From assembly GCA_049419705.1 (NCBI GenBank), contig JBMSKH010000003.1, forward strand, positions 18,142 through 82,141: a stretch of DNA of 64,000 bases, in the 5' to 3' direction. This DNA comes from Opitutales bacterium. GTDB lineage: Bacteria; Verrucomicrobiota; Verrucomicrobiia; Opitutales; UBA953. Numbering within the stretch: the first letter of the stretch is position 1; every line of letters begins with the position of its first letter. The notes beneath the pieces are model-generated. The model did not search any database. It saw only the letters and a program-made list of their open reading frames with translations, and was not told the origin of the DNA. A program made the translations under genes and the position numbers. Of this stretch, positions 35,763 through 44,945 are shown piece after piece.

Positions 35763-38570
35763 TCAGAGCGAGCCGTACTTGGCGACGAGGGCGGCGTGGC
35801 AACGGGGCGAGACCTGGCCGAACTTGCCCGCCTCGACCAAGGCGGGGACCCAGCGCCAGGAACGCGGGCAGCGCACCCCGGGGGCCTTGGCCACCGAGAC
35901 GGCGAGGGCCACGCCGGAGCGAGGCTCAAGGGTGACGGCGGAGACAATCCAAAGCTCGGGTAGGAGCGCGGCGTGGCGTTGCAGCACGGCGAAGTCAGGG
36001 TCCGACGGGTCGCCGATGATGGTCACGGCTGCGTCGAGATTCTGTCCGATGGTCTTCGCCTGGCGGAGCTGCTCGAGTGGGCCGTTGACGTGGGTGGCGC
36101 CGACGCGGAGCACCGTGGCGACGTCGCCATGCGCGGCCGCGTCATCCCAACCAGCGGGAATCTCGGGCCAGGGCTGGACATGCACCGAGTCGGCGTCGGT
36201 GTACTCGCCCTTGGCGACAGCGTGCGACCAGGCCTCGTCCGCGGTGAACGGCAGGAAGGGCGCGAGCAACCGGATGTAGGCGCGGAAGGCGTGATGGAGT
36301 GCGGTCTGCGTCGAGCGACGGAGCGGGTCGTTCGGCGCGAGGGTGTAGAGGCGATCCTTGACGATACTCGTGTAGGTCGCGGAGAGCGTGACCGTGGTGA
36401 AGGCGGCGAGCGCGGCGGCGGCGCGATGGAACTCGTAGGCCTCGCAAGCATCGGTCACCTCGCGCACGAGCCGGGCGACCTCGGCGAGCAGCCAACGGTC
36501 GAGCGCGGAGAGCTTGTCCAGTGGGAGCGCGTCTTTGGTAGCGTCAAAGTCAGCGAGCGACCCAAGCTGCCAGCGCAGCGTGTTGCGGACCGCGCGGTAC
36601 TGGTTCGAGACGGTCTCGAAGATGGCGTCGGAGAGCGGGATGTCGTTCTGGTAGTTCTCGGAGGCGACCCAGAGGCGGACGATGTCGGCACCGTAGCGCT
36701 TGATGTAGTCGTCGGCGGTCGAGGGCTTGCCGTCCGACTTCGAGATCTTCTGTCGCTTCTCATTCACCACGAATCCATGGGTGAGCACCGCGCGGTAGGG
36801 CGCGGCACCTCGGGCGATGACGCTGGTCCAGAGCGAGGACTGGAACCAACCGCGGTGCTGGTCGGATCCCTCGAGATAGAGGTCGGCGGGCCAATGGAGG
36901 TCGGGGTGCTTCGTGCAGACCGCCAGATGACTCGTGCCCGAGTCGATCCAGACATCGAGCGTGTCGGATCCCTTGCGCAGATCCTTCGGCCAGGCGGCGG
37001 GCACGGGCGCGGCGGCGAGGATCTCGGCGACCGGTGTCGACCACCACCAGTCGGTGCCGTGCTTGGCGACCTGGTCGGCGACATGGCGGGCCACGCCGGC
37101 GTCGAGCAGAGCCTCGCCGGTCGACACCGAGACGAAGGCGGGGATGGGCACGCCCCAGGCGCGCTGGCGGGAGACGCACCAGTCAGGGCGGCTGGTCAGC
37201 GCGCCGCGAATGCGGTTCTCGCCCCAACCGGGAATCCAACGCACGTCGCCGACCGACTTCAGGGCACGGGCGCGCAGGTCGCCGCGATCAAGGCCGATGA
37301 ACCATTGGTCGAGAGCGCGGAAGATCACCGGGGCCTTGGAGCGCCAGCAGTGCGGGTACGAGTGGGTGAGTGACTCGCGATGCACGAGTCGTCCGCGGGC
37401 CTCGAGGAGCGCGAGCACCGCGCCGTTGGCGGGACACTTGCCGTCGGTCTCGAGAACGGAGACGCCGGCGAGCTCGACGGGCACGCGACCATCGGCCGCA
37501 TAGGTGCCATCGTCCTGCACGGGACAGTAGGCCTCGAGACCGTAGCGCTGGCCGGTCTGATGGTCCTCGACGCCGTGGCCAGGAGCGGTGTGGACGCAAC
37601 CGGTGCCGGCGTCGGTGGTGACATACTCGGCCAGGACGACCGGGGAGGCGCGGTCGATGAACGGGTGGCGCGTCTCGAGACCCTCGAGCGCGCGCCCCTT
37701 GACGCTGAAACCGTTGGTTGCGCCCTCGAGCTTACAGGCGGCGACGAAGGCGTCGCGCAGCGCGGTGGCAACGAGGAAGGATCGACCGGCATGGCGCACC
37801 TCGGTATAGTCGAGGTCGGGATGGACAGCGATGGCGAGGTTGGCGGGCAGCGTCCAGGGCGTGGTCGTCCAGATGACGACCGAGAGCGAGTGCGCGGGGG
37901 CGAGGCCCTTGGCGGCGGGATTGGGCGCGTCGAAGGCGACCCAGATCGAGTGTGAACGCTTGTCCTTGTACTCGATCTCGGCCTCGGCGAGCGCGGTCTG
38001 GCACGGAATCGACCAGTAGACGGGCTTCTTCGATCGGTAGACCAAGCCTTGCTCGACGGCGTGGGCGAAGGTGCGGAGGATCTCGGCCTCGTAGGCCGGA
38101 TCCATCGTGCGGTACTCGGACTTCCAGTCGGCAAGGACGCCGAGCCGGCGGAACTGGCCGCGCTGCTTCTCGATGTAGGCGGCGGAGAACTCGGCGCAGG
38201 CCTTGCGCACGCCGAGCGCATCGAGCGACTTCTTGGCGGCCTGGAGCTCCTTCATCACCTTGTGCTCGATGGGCAGGCCATGGCAGTCCCAGCCAGGAAC
38301 ATACGGCGTGCGGAATCCGCGCATGGACTTGTAACGCAGGATGGCGTCCTTGAGCAGCTTGTTCAGCGCGGTGCCGATATGGACGTCTCCATTGGTGAAG
38401 GGCGGACCATCATGGAGCACGAAGGCAGGGCGGCCGGCATTCCTCGCCTGGATTTTGCCGTAAAGTCCAATCTTCTCCCAATGCGCGATGCGACCGGGCT
38501 CGCGCTCGGCCAGACCGGCTTTCATCGGAAAGTCGGTGGCGGGCAGGTTGAGGGTGTCTTTGAGCTCCAC
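35763..38570 (-). CDS. ileS: isoleucine--tRNA ligase (type 1, C-terminal zinc-binding)
   Basis: 'LKDTLNLPATDFPMKA', HIGH 'NGDVHIGTALNK', KMSKS 'KISKSDGK', C-terminal 'RCPRSWRW..SPRCH'. Start re-set to GTG 38570. Confidence 0.92.
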   Translation of the reverse strand: MELKDTLNLPATDFPMKAGLAEREPGRIAHWEKIGLYGKIQARNAGRPAFVLHDGPPFTNGDVHIGTALNKLLKDAILRYKSMRGFRTPYVPGWDCHGLPIEHKVMKELQAAKKSLDALGVRKACAEFSAAYIEKQRGQFRRLGVLADWKSEYRTMDPAYEAEILRTFAHAVEQGLVYRSKKPVYWSIPCQTALAEAEIEYKDKRSHSIWVAFDAPNPAAKGLAPAHSLSVVIWTTTPWTLPANLAIAVHPDLDYTEVRHAGRSFLVATALRDAFVAACKLEGATNGFSVKGRALEGLETRHPFIDRASPVVLAEYVTTDAGTGCVHTAPGHGVEDHQTGQRYGLEAYCPVQDDGTYAADGRVPVELAGVSVLETDGKCPANGAVLALLEARGRLVHRESLTHSYPHCWRSKAPVIFRALDQWFIGLDRGDLRARALKSVGDVRWIPGWGENRIRGALTSRPDWCVSRQRAWGVPIPAFVSVSTGEALLDAGVARHVADQVAKHGTDWWWSTPVAEILAAAPVPAAWPKDLRKGSDTLDVWIDSGTSHLAVCTKHPDLHWPADLYLEGSDQHRGWFQSSLWTSVIARGAAPYRAVLTHGFVVNEKRQKISKSDGKPSTADDYIKRYGADIVRLWVASENYQNDIPLSDAIFETVSNQYRAVRNTLRWQLGSLADFDATKDALPLDKLSALDRWLLAEVARLVREVTDACEAYEFHRAAAALAAFTTVTLSATYTSIVKDRLYTLAPNDPLRRSTQTALHHAFRAYIRLLAPFLPFTADEAWSHAVAKGEYTDADSVHVQPWPEIPAGWDDAAAHGDVATVLRVGATHVNGPLEQLRQAKTIGQNLDAAVTIIGDPSDPDFAVLQRHAALLPELWIVSAVTLEPRSGVALAVSVAKAPGVRCPRSWRWVPALVEAGKFGQVSPRCHAALVAKYGSL

Positions 38571-38740
38571 GGGAAAGGATGGGGGCGGCCGGGGGCGGCA
38601 GCGGGAGTGGTATGGGGTGGAGGGTCCACCCCGACCCGCTGGCAGGCGGGGCGGCGAGGTTGGAGAGGGGGGCGAGGGTGTCAACCCCCGGGGAGCCAAG
38701 CGGGTTGACATACGGGCACGGGGCTCCATCAGATGGGGTC

Positions 38741-39007
38741 ATGGACAACCTCCGTCCCAAGCTGGTCAGCAAGTCGGGCGCCGTCATCGACGTGCTCGTC
38801 TCCGCGGTGTTCTTCGTCTGGATGACCGGCGTGCTCAAGAAGCACGTGCCCTGGGTGGAGGAAGGCGAGACCGCCGTGCTGCTCGGCGCAGCCTACTGCT
38901 CGCTCTGCCTGTCCGGGGTTCTCTGGATGGCCCTCTCGCTCTTCCGCGTCACGCTGACCGACCAGATCATCCAGCGCAACGCGGCCAAGCCGACTCCGGG
39001 TCGCTGA
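38741..39007 (+). CDS. hypothetical small membrane protein (2 TM helices)
   Basis: 'VIDVLVSAVFFVWMTGVL' and 'AVLLGAAYCSLCLSGVLWMALSLF'. Start re-set to 'MDNLRPK'. No family recognised. Confidence 0.4.
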   Translation: MDNLRPKLVSKSGAVIDVLVSAVFFVWMTGVLKKHVPWVEEGETAVLLGAAYCSLCLSGVLWMALSLFRVTLTDQIIQRNAAKPTPGR

Positions 39008-39008
39008 G

Positions 39009-40079
39009 TCAGCGCGGCGGCGCAAGCGCCCGCTCCACCTCGTCGGCCAACCGCGCCGCGGAAGCGCGTTCATCCAGGTAAACCTGCCAAAGACGGTCGA
39101 GGTCCGCCTCGGACGACTCAGGATACGCCTCGAGCCAGGCACCGAGGGAACGCCACGCGTTGTGCGCGACGGGATTCTGGCGAAGGATGCCGCGCCGCAG
39201 GCGCAGCAGGCGCTCGGCCATGGCGTCTCGCACCGCGGGTAACTTGCGCATGCGCGCGGCCTGGGGACCCGTCAACACGACATCGCCGAGCCCGACCGGG
39301 TCGTGGACGAAGCGCGCAAGCGCGTCGAGCTCGGCCAGCGACTCACGCATGCCCAATGCGAGCGACGGACGGGCATCGAGCAGGGCCTGGCGTGAGGCGA
39401 CCCACCAAGTCTCGGGAGACTTGGCGAAGCCAGCGATGACGACATCCGGCGACTCGCCACGGCCAGCCGACGCGAGAAAAGATGCGAGGGCTTGCGCACC
39501 GAGCTGCCGGCGAAGCGCGCGAAAAAGCAAAAGGGCCTCGCGCGGGGCGGCACGTCCAGCCAAGACCTCGGCGAGCGGGGCTGGCGGCTGCGTCGCGGCT
39601 TCGCGGTACCAAAGGTCGACCATCGCCGGCCGGAGCTGACCGACGGTCTCAGCCGCGAGCGCCGGCGGAGCCCAGGCCGCAGGCGCGGCGGTCGGCCGCT
39701 CACCGGCGAGCGAGGCGGCGGCGAGCCAAGCGCGGGCGGTGGCCTCGCCCGCGCGGAGTGGCGCCGACGAGGCGTCGCCGAGCCGCACGGTCACGAGCAC
39801 ATGCCCGCCCTGCACCACGCAGGCGACATCAGGCAATCCGGCGACATCCGCCGCCTCGATGCGCGGCTTGCGTCCGGGCGGCAGGCCGAGACCGGCGGAG
39901 CTGCGCAGGACCACCTCGAGGGCGTCGGCGTGCGCACCGACGAAATGCATCTGGGCGCGCGACTCGCTCGCCACGATGGCGAGTTCGGACTCGCGCTCGG
40001 CGACGCGCGAGGGCGGCGGAAGCTCGTCCGCGGGCGCCGCCGCGAGCGACGCGCAGGCAAGCGCGAGCCACAGCCTCAT
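39009..40079 (-). CDS. hypothetical secreted protein
   Basis: Signal peptide 'MRLWLALACASLAAAPA'. The start lies 2 nt after the stop of the upstream coiled-coil gene. No family recognised. Confidence 0.55.
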   Translation of the reverse strand: MRLWLALACASLAAAPADELPPPSRVAERESELAIVASESRAQMHFVGAHADALEVVLRSSAGLGLPPGRKPRIEAADVAGLPDVACVVQGGHVLVTVRLGDASSAPLRAGEATARAWLAAASLAGERPTAAPAAWAPPALAAETVGQLRPAMVDLWYREAATQPPAPLAEVLAGRAAPREALLLFRALRRQLGAQALASFLASAGRGESPDVVIAGFAKSPETWWVASRQALLDARPSLALGMRESLAELDALARFVHDPVGLGDVVLTGPQAARMRKLPAVRDAMAERLLRLRRGILRQNPVAHNAWRSLGAWLEAYPESSEADLDRLWQVYLDERASAARLADEVERALAPPR

Positions 40080-40081
40080 GC

Positions 40082-41233
40082 TCAGCCCTGGAAGTGATCC
40101 TCGTCCAACTCGCGGGACTCACCCGCGGGGATGTGGACGGGCTCGCCCACCGGAGCCTTGTCGTTCTTCCAGACCTGCACGGTGACCGGCGCATGACCCT
40201 CGGGGCAGGTCCAGAGCCAACGGCCGATGGCGACAAACTGCATCGGCACGCCGACATCCTCGGAGAGCCCGGGACCGGTGCCGCGGACGAAAGGCTTGTT
40301 GCCGATGCCAATCATCAGATTGACAAGCAAGCGCGTGCCCTGCGCCGCGGACTCGTCGGCGATGACTGTCTTCACCACCGGAATCTCCGGCTCAGGCTCC
40401 GGTTCGGGCTCCGGTTCAGGCTCAGCTTCAGGCGACGAGGGGGCGGGCGGCACCTCCGTGGGCAGCGCATCCTCGGCCTCGCTCGAATCATCCGCGCGGG
40501 TTTCGGCCTCCGGCTCCGCATCGCGCTGGGCGATGCTGGCGGCAGGAGCGGAGGCCTCAGAGGGGTTTTGGCTATCCCGCAGGCGGGCAATCTCCTCGCG
40601 CAGTGTCTCGACCTGCTCGACGGCCTTGGCGGCATCGGCCTGGGCCTGGGCGAGGGCGGAGCGCAGCGCGGCGAACTCCTTGGCGAGGCGCGCCGACTCC
40701 TCGGCGGCCTTGGCGGCGTCGGCGGCCTTCTCGAGCGCCTCCTCGGCGTCGGCGGCGGCGGCACGCGCGGTGTCGGCGATGGACTGGAGCTGACCGGCGA
40801 GTTCCTCGTCGGGCTCGGCGGCCTTGGCGAGGGCGGCAAGTTCGCCGCGAAGAGCCGCAAGCTCGGTCGAGGCCTTGCGAGCGACCGCCTCGGAGGCGGC
40901 CTCGCCGGCCTTCTTTGCGCCGAGCTCAGCGTCGGCGAGGCGGCGGGCGGCGAGCTCGCCGGCGGTGCGCACCTCATCGCGCACGCGGTCGATCTCCTCA
41001 GCGAGCGCGGCGCGGAGGCGGGCCTGCTCGGCAAGGCGCTGCTTGCGACCGGCGTCCTCACGGAGCACGGGCACGAGCACGATACCGGCGGCGGCGAGGA
41101 TGGCGGCGACAGCGAGGAATGCGCTGAAGCCGTCGTTGGGGTCGAGGCCGAGGCTGAGGACGCCAATCACGACGATGGCGTCCGCCGCGACCAGGAACCA
41201 CTTCTCCTTGAGGAGTTGCTGGAGTTGATGCAT
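40082..41233 (-). CDS. membrane-anchored Ala/Glu-rich coiled-coil protein with an (EP)n linker and a small C-terminal globular domain
   Basis: Start re-set to 'MHQLQQLLKEKWFLVAADAIVVIGVLSLG' (41233), because the track start overlaps trpS. Two N-terminal TM helices, about 190 aa of coiled-coil-like sequence, then 'EAEPEPEPEPEPEPEI'. Confidence 0.6.
   Translation of the reverse strand: MHQLQQLLKEKWFLVAADAIVVIGVLSLGLDPNDGFSAFLAVAAILAAAGIVLVPVLREDAGRKQRLAEQARLRAALAEEIDRVRDEVRTAGELAARRLADAELGAKKAGEAASEAVARKASTELAALRGELAALAKAAEPDEELAGQLQSIADTARAAAADAEEALEKAADAAKAAEESARLAKEFAALRSALAQAQADAAKAVEQVETLREEIARLRDSQNPSEASAPAASIAQRDAEPEAETRADDSSEAEDALPTEVPPAPSSPEAEPEPEPEPEPEPEIPVVKTVIADESAAQGTRLLVNLMIGIGNKPFVRGTGPGLSEDVGVPMQFVAIGRWLWTCPEGHAPVTVQVWKNDKAPVGEPVHIPAGESRELDEDHFQG
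40386..40430 (-). repeat. hexanucleotide (GAR-CCN)n coding microsatellite encoding the (EP)6-7 linker
   Basis: Minus strand: GAG CCT GAA CCG GAG CCC GAA CCG GAG CCT GAG CCG GAG. Confidence 0.8.
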
Positions 41234-41319
41234 GGGTCGTTTGGGGGTGAGCGCGGGCTCAGCCGCAGGATGCCAGCCAGTGGCCCGGGGACAAGGCGGA
41301 ACCGAGGCCTGGGTGGACC

Positions 41320-42330
41320 TCAACGGGGACGCTCGACGAAGCCGACCTTGCGATGGACCTTGGCCAATGTCCGGTAGGCGGTGCGCTGGGCCCCTTCGGC
41401 ACCAGCCTTGAGCACGCGGTCGAGCTCGGCCCGATCCTCGGAGTAGACCCCGAAGCGCTCCCGGACGGGCGAGAGGGTCGCGACCACCGCGTCGGTCACG
41501 GCACGCTTGAAATCCCCGTAGCCCTTGCCGCGAAACTCGTCCTCGAGCGCAGGGATGGGCCGACCGGAGCAAGCGGAGAGAATCTGGAGGAGGTTGGCGA
41601 CGCCGGGTTTGTCCTCGGCGGCGCGCACCTCGCTGCCGGAGTCGGTCACGGCCGAGCCGACCTTGCGGCGGATCTCGTCAGGCGTGTCAGTGATGAAGAC
41701 AGTCGCAGCGTGGTTGGGGTCGGACTTCGACATCTTGGCGGTCGGGTCCTGCAGCGACATGATGCGCGCGCCGGTCTTCGCGATGTAGGGCTCGGGGATG
41801 ACGAAGGTGTCGGAGTACGTGCGGTTGAACTTCTGGGCGAGGTCGCGGGTCAGCTCGAGGTGCTGCTTCTGGTCCTCGCCCACCGGCACCTTGGCCGCGT
41901 TGTAGAGAAGGATGTCGGCCGCCATCAGCACTGGATAGGTGAGCAATCCGGCGCCGACGGACTCGTGACGGCGGGACTTGTCCTTGAACTGCGTCATGCG
42001 CTCGAGCTGGCCGAGCGGGCAGAGGCAGCCGAGAACCCAGGCGAGCTCCGTGTGTCCGATCACATGCGATTGCACGAAGAGGTGGCTCCGGGCCGGGTCG
42101 AGACCGCAGGCCATGTACTGGGCGAGGCACGAGTAGGTGTTCGCGCGCAGCTCGGCCGGCACGGTGGGCACGGTGATGGCGTGCTGGTCAACGATGCCGA
42201 AGTAACAGGCATGGTCATCCTGCATCGCGCCCCAGTTGAGGACCGCGCCGAGGTAATTCCCGAGGTGCAGCCGGCCGGTGGGCTGGGCGCAGGTCAGGAC
42301 GACGGGTTTGCTGGCGGCAGGTTCGCTCAC
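41320..42330 (-). CDS. trpS: tryptophan--tRNA ligase
   Basis: 'CAQPTGRLHLGNYLGAV' (HIGH-like) and 'KMSKSDPN'. Start re-set to GTG 42330. The track's extra 142 N-terminal aa are Gly/Glu/Arg junk. Confidence 0.9.
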   Translation of the reverse strand: MSEPAASKPVVLTCAQPTGRLHLGNYLGAVLNWGAMQDDHACYFGIVDQHAITVPTVPAELRANTYSCLAQYMACGLDPARSHLFVQSHVIGHTELAWVLGCLCPLGQLERMTQFKDKSRRHESVGAGLLTYPVLMAADILLYNAAKVPVGEDQKQHLELTRDLAQKFNRTYSDTFVIPEPYIAKTGARIMSLQDPTAKMSKSDPNHAATVFITDTPDEIRRKVGSAVTDSGSEVRAAEDKPGVANLLQILSACSGRPIPALEDEFRGKGYGDFKRAVTDAVVATLSPVRERFGVYSEDRAELDRVLKAGAEGAQRTAYRTLAKVHRKVGFVERPR

Positions 42331-42438
42331 GGAACGGAGCGTGGGTGGACGGGGCAGGTTGGACAAGCGGATTGGACCGACGGCGGCGCTTGAAAAGCGT
42401 CCCCCACCTGTTATCCCCTTCCCTCCCCTTCCTCCGCC

Positions 42439-43482
42439 ATGCCCGTCGCCGTCATCGACCTCTCCCTCCTCCCCGATTGGACCCACGCGCCCTTCTGGAT
42501 CGCGCTCGCCGCCACGCTCGGCTGGATCCTGCGCAAGATTCTCGGCGTGGTCTCCCGGCGCATGCCCAATCACCCCGTGGGCGGGGCGCTGGTCGCCGCC
42601 GTTGGCGCAACCCTCCCTGTCGCCCTCGCCGCCGCGGCGTTCTGGTTCGTGATCGGGGATGCCCGCGAGGCGCTCACCAAGGCCGACTGGTTCGGCCCGC
42701 TGGACACGGCACGACGCATCTTCCGCGTCTACGCCGTCTTCCACTTCGCCTTCCACCTGACGCAGGTCGCGCAGGCCTACTTCCAGGTGCTCGCCGACCG
42801 GTCGGTGAACAAGCTCGACGACGTGCTCGTGCCCATCGGCGGCACGCTGCTACGCGTCGTCGTCGTGACCTACGGCTTCATCCAGTGCGTCACGGTGCTG
42901 AACGCCGATGCGGGCACCAACATCCTCGCCGGCGTCGGGGTGGGCGGACTCGCCTTCGGCTTCGCCGCGCAGGACACGATCAAGAATTTCTTCGGCTTCG
43001 TCATGCTCATGATCGACAAGCCCTTCGAGCTCGGCGACACCATCGACACCCCGGGCCTGACGGGTGTCGTGGAGGCCATCGGCCTGCGATCGACGCGTGT
43101 GCGCACGCCCGACGGCCAGCTGGTCACCATTCCCAACGGCGAGTTGGCGAACCGCGCGCTGACCAACGTCACCGAGCGCCCCTACATCCGCACCCAGCAC
43201 ATTCTCGAGCTCGCCGCGACTACCGACGCCAAGTGTACCGAGGAGGCCGTCGCCATCGTTCGGCAGGTCCTCGCCACGCACCGGGGAGCCCAGCCCGCGC
43301 ACCCGCCGCGCGTGCACCTCGAGAAACTCTCCTCCGCCGGACCCGTCATCCGCATCTTCTGGTGGCACTACCCGGCCTCGGCCTGGGACTGCGCCGCGGA
43401 GAACGAGCGGTTGCTCACCGAGATCCGCCGGCGCTTCGAGTCCGGCAAGATCGAGCTCGCCGCCCTGCCCCCGGTGCGCTGA
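42439..43482 (+). CDS. mechanosensitive ion channel (MscS family)
   Basis: 'GVGVGGLAFGFAAQDTIKNFFG', 'DKPFELGDTI' and 'GVVEAIGLRSTRVRTPDGQLVTIPNG'. Confidence 0.85.
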   Translation: MPVAVIDLSLLPDWTHAPFWIALAATLGWILRKILGVVSRRMPNHPVGGALVAAVGATLPVALAAAAFWFVIGDAREALTKADWFGPLDTARRIFRVYAVFHFAFHLTQVAQAYFQVLADRSVNKLDDVLVPIGGTLLRVVVVTYGFIQCVTVLNADAGTNILAGVGVGGLAFGFAAQDTIKNFFGFVMLMIDKPFELGDTIDTPGLTGVVEAIGLRSTRVRTPDGQLVTIPNGELANRALTNVTERPYIRTQHILELAATTDAKCTEEAVAIVRQVLATHRGAQPAHPPRVHLEKLSSAGPVIRIFWWHYPASAWDCAAENERLLTEIRRRFESGKIELAALPPVR

Positions 43483-43494
43483 ACCCGAATCACC

Positions 43495-44205
43495 ATGGCC
43501 CTGATCGAAGCGCGCAACCTGTCCAAGTCCTTCGGCGCGATTCGCGCCGTGGCCGACGTCTCCCTCTCCGTCGACCGCGGCGAGGTGGTCGGCTTCCTCG
43601 GGCCCAACGGCGCCGGGAAGTCCACCACGATGAAGCTGCTCGCCGGCCACCTCCGGCCCGACGCCGGCTCCGCCCGCATCGCCGGGCATGACGTCTCGTC
43701 CGAACCGGTCGAGGCCAAGCGCCAGCTGGGCTACTCGCCCGAGGGCGCGCCCGCCTACGGCGAGATGACCGTGCGCGAGTTCCTCCGCTTCGCCGCCGAT
43801 CTCCGCGGTCTCGATGCACCCGCCGAGCGTGTGCGCGAGACGCTGGCCACCTGCCACCTCACCGATGTCGCCGGCCAGGCGGTCGACACGCTCTCCAAGG
43901 GCTACCGGATGCGCGTCGGGTTCGCCCAGGCCACGCTGCACGACCCCGCGGCGCTCATCCTCGACGAGCCGACCGACGGCCTGGACCCCAACCAGAAGCA
44001 CGAGGTGCGCCGCATCCTCGCCGGCATGGCCGAGCGCAAGGCCGTCATCGTCTCGACGCACCTGCTCGAGGAGGTCGAGGCGCTCTGCACCCGAGTCATC
44101 CTCATCGCCCGCGGCGAGATTCGCTGCGACGAGACACCGAAGTCCCTCCTCGCCCGCTTCCCGGGCAAGCGGATGGACGAGATCTTCCGCCACCTCACCG
44201 CCTAA
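43495..44205 (+). CDS. ABC transporter ATP-binding protein (ABC-2/GldA-like)
   Basis: Walker A 'GPNGAGKST', signature 'LSKGYRMR', Walker B 'LILDEPTDGLD'. Confidence 0.88.
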   Translation: MALIEARNLSKSFGAIRAVADVSLSVDRGEVVGFLGPNGAGKSTTMKLLAGHLRPDAGSARIAGHDVSSEPVEAKRQLGYSPEGAPAYGEMTVREFLRFAADLRGLDAPAERVRETLATCHLTDVAGQAVDTLSKGYRMRVGFAQATLHDPAALILDEPTDGLDPNQKHEVRRILAGMAERKAVIVSTHLLEEVEALCTRVILIARGEIRCDETPKSLLARFPGKRMDEIFRHLTA

Positions 44206-44209
44206 ACCC

Positions 44210-44935
44210 ATGCGTGCCTTCCGTGCCATCCTCGCCCGTGAGTTCCTCGGGTACTTCCGGACACCGCTCGCGTATGTCTTCCTCGCGGTCTTCAACGCCT
44301 TCGCGGTCTCCCTCGCGTTCTTCGTCGGCTCGTTCTACGAGTCGGGCGTCGCCAACCTCGACCGGTTCTTCCTCTACCATCCCTGGCTCTGGGCCTTCCT
44401 CGCTCCCGCAGCTGGCGCGCGCCTTTGGGCTGAGGAGCGCCGACAAGGCACCCTTGAGCTGCTCCTGACCTGGCCGGTGACGGTCTGGCAGGCGGCGCTC
44501 GGCAAATTCCTCGCCGCCTGGCTCTTCCTCGCCGCCGCGCTCGCGATGACACTCCCCATGGTCGCAACCGTGGCATGGCTCGGCGACCCCGACCTCGGCA
44601 CGATTGCCTGCGGCTACCTCGGCTCGCTGCTCTGCGGCGGGGCCTGCCTTGGCGTCGCCGCCGTGTGCTCGGCGCTGACGCGCAGCCAGGTCATCGCCTT
44701 CGTCACAGGCTTTCTCGCCTGCTTCATCCTCGTCATCGTCGGCTACGGCGTCCTCGACAGCCTGCTCGCCGGCGCGGTGCCGCCCGAGCGGCTCGGTGAC
44801 GTGGCGCGGCTGGGTCTCTGGCGCAACCTCGAGCCCTTCACGCTCGGCCTGCTCGACCTGAGGCCGCTGACGTACTTCCTCTCCGTCGCCCTGGCCGGTC
44901 TCGGCCTGAGCACCCTTCTCATCGAGCGCCGCTGA
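44210..44935 (+). CDS. ABC-2 type permease (GldF-like)
   Basis: 'FRAILAREFLGYFRTPLAYVF' and 'EERRQGTLELLLTWPV'. Six TM helices. Start re-set to ATG 44210. Confidence 0.8.
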   Translation: MRAFRAILAREFLGYFRTPLAYVFLAVFNAFAVSLAFFVGSFYESGVANLDRFFLYHPWLWAFLAPAAGARLWAEERRQGTLELLLTWPVTVWQAALGKFLAAWLFLAAALAMTLPMVATVAWLGDPDLGTIACGYLGSLLCGGACLGVAAVCSALTRSQVIAFVTGFLACFILVIVGYGVLDSLLAGAVPPERLGDVARLGLWRNLEPFTLGLLDLRPLTYFLSVALAGLGLSTLLIERR

Positions 44936-44945
44936 GCCCACGACC

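Noticed and set aside
40386-40430. Short tandem repeat that could be mistaken for a CRISPR or VNTR locus
   Set aside because: The 6-nt unit is in-frame within a CDS and encodes (Glu-Pro)n. There is no spacer/repeat architecture and no cas genes.
39482-41377. 631-aa plus-strand ORF, extremely Arg/Ala/Pro-rich
   Set aside because: It is antisense to the secreted and coiled-coil gene pair. The N-terminal half is nearly pure R/A/P, which is not protein-like.
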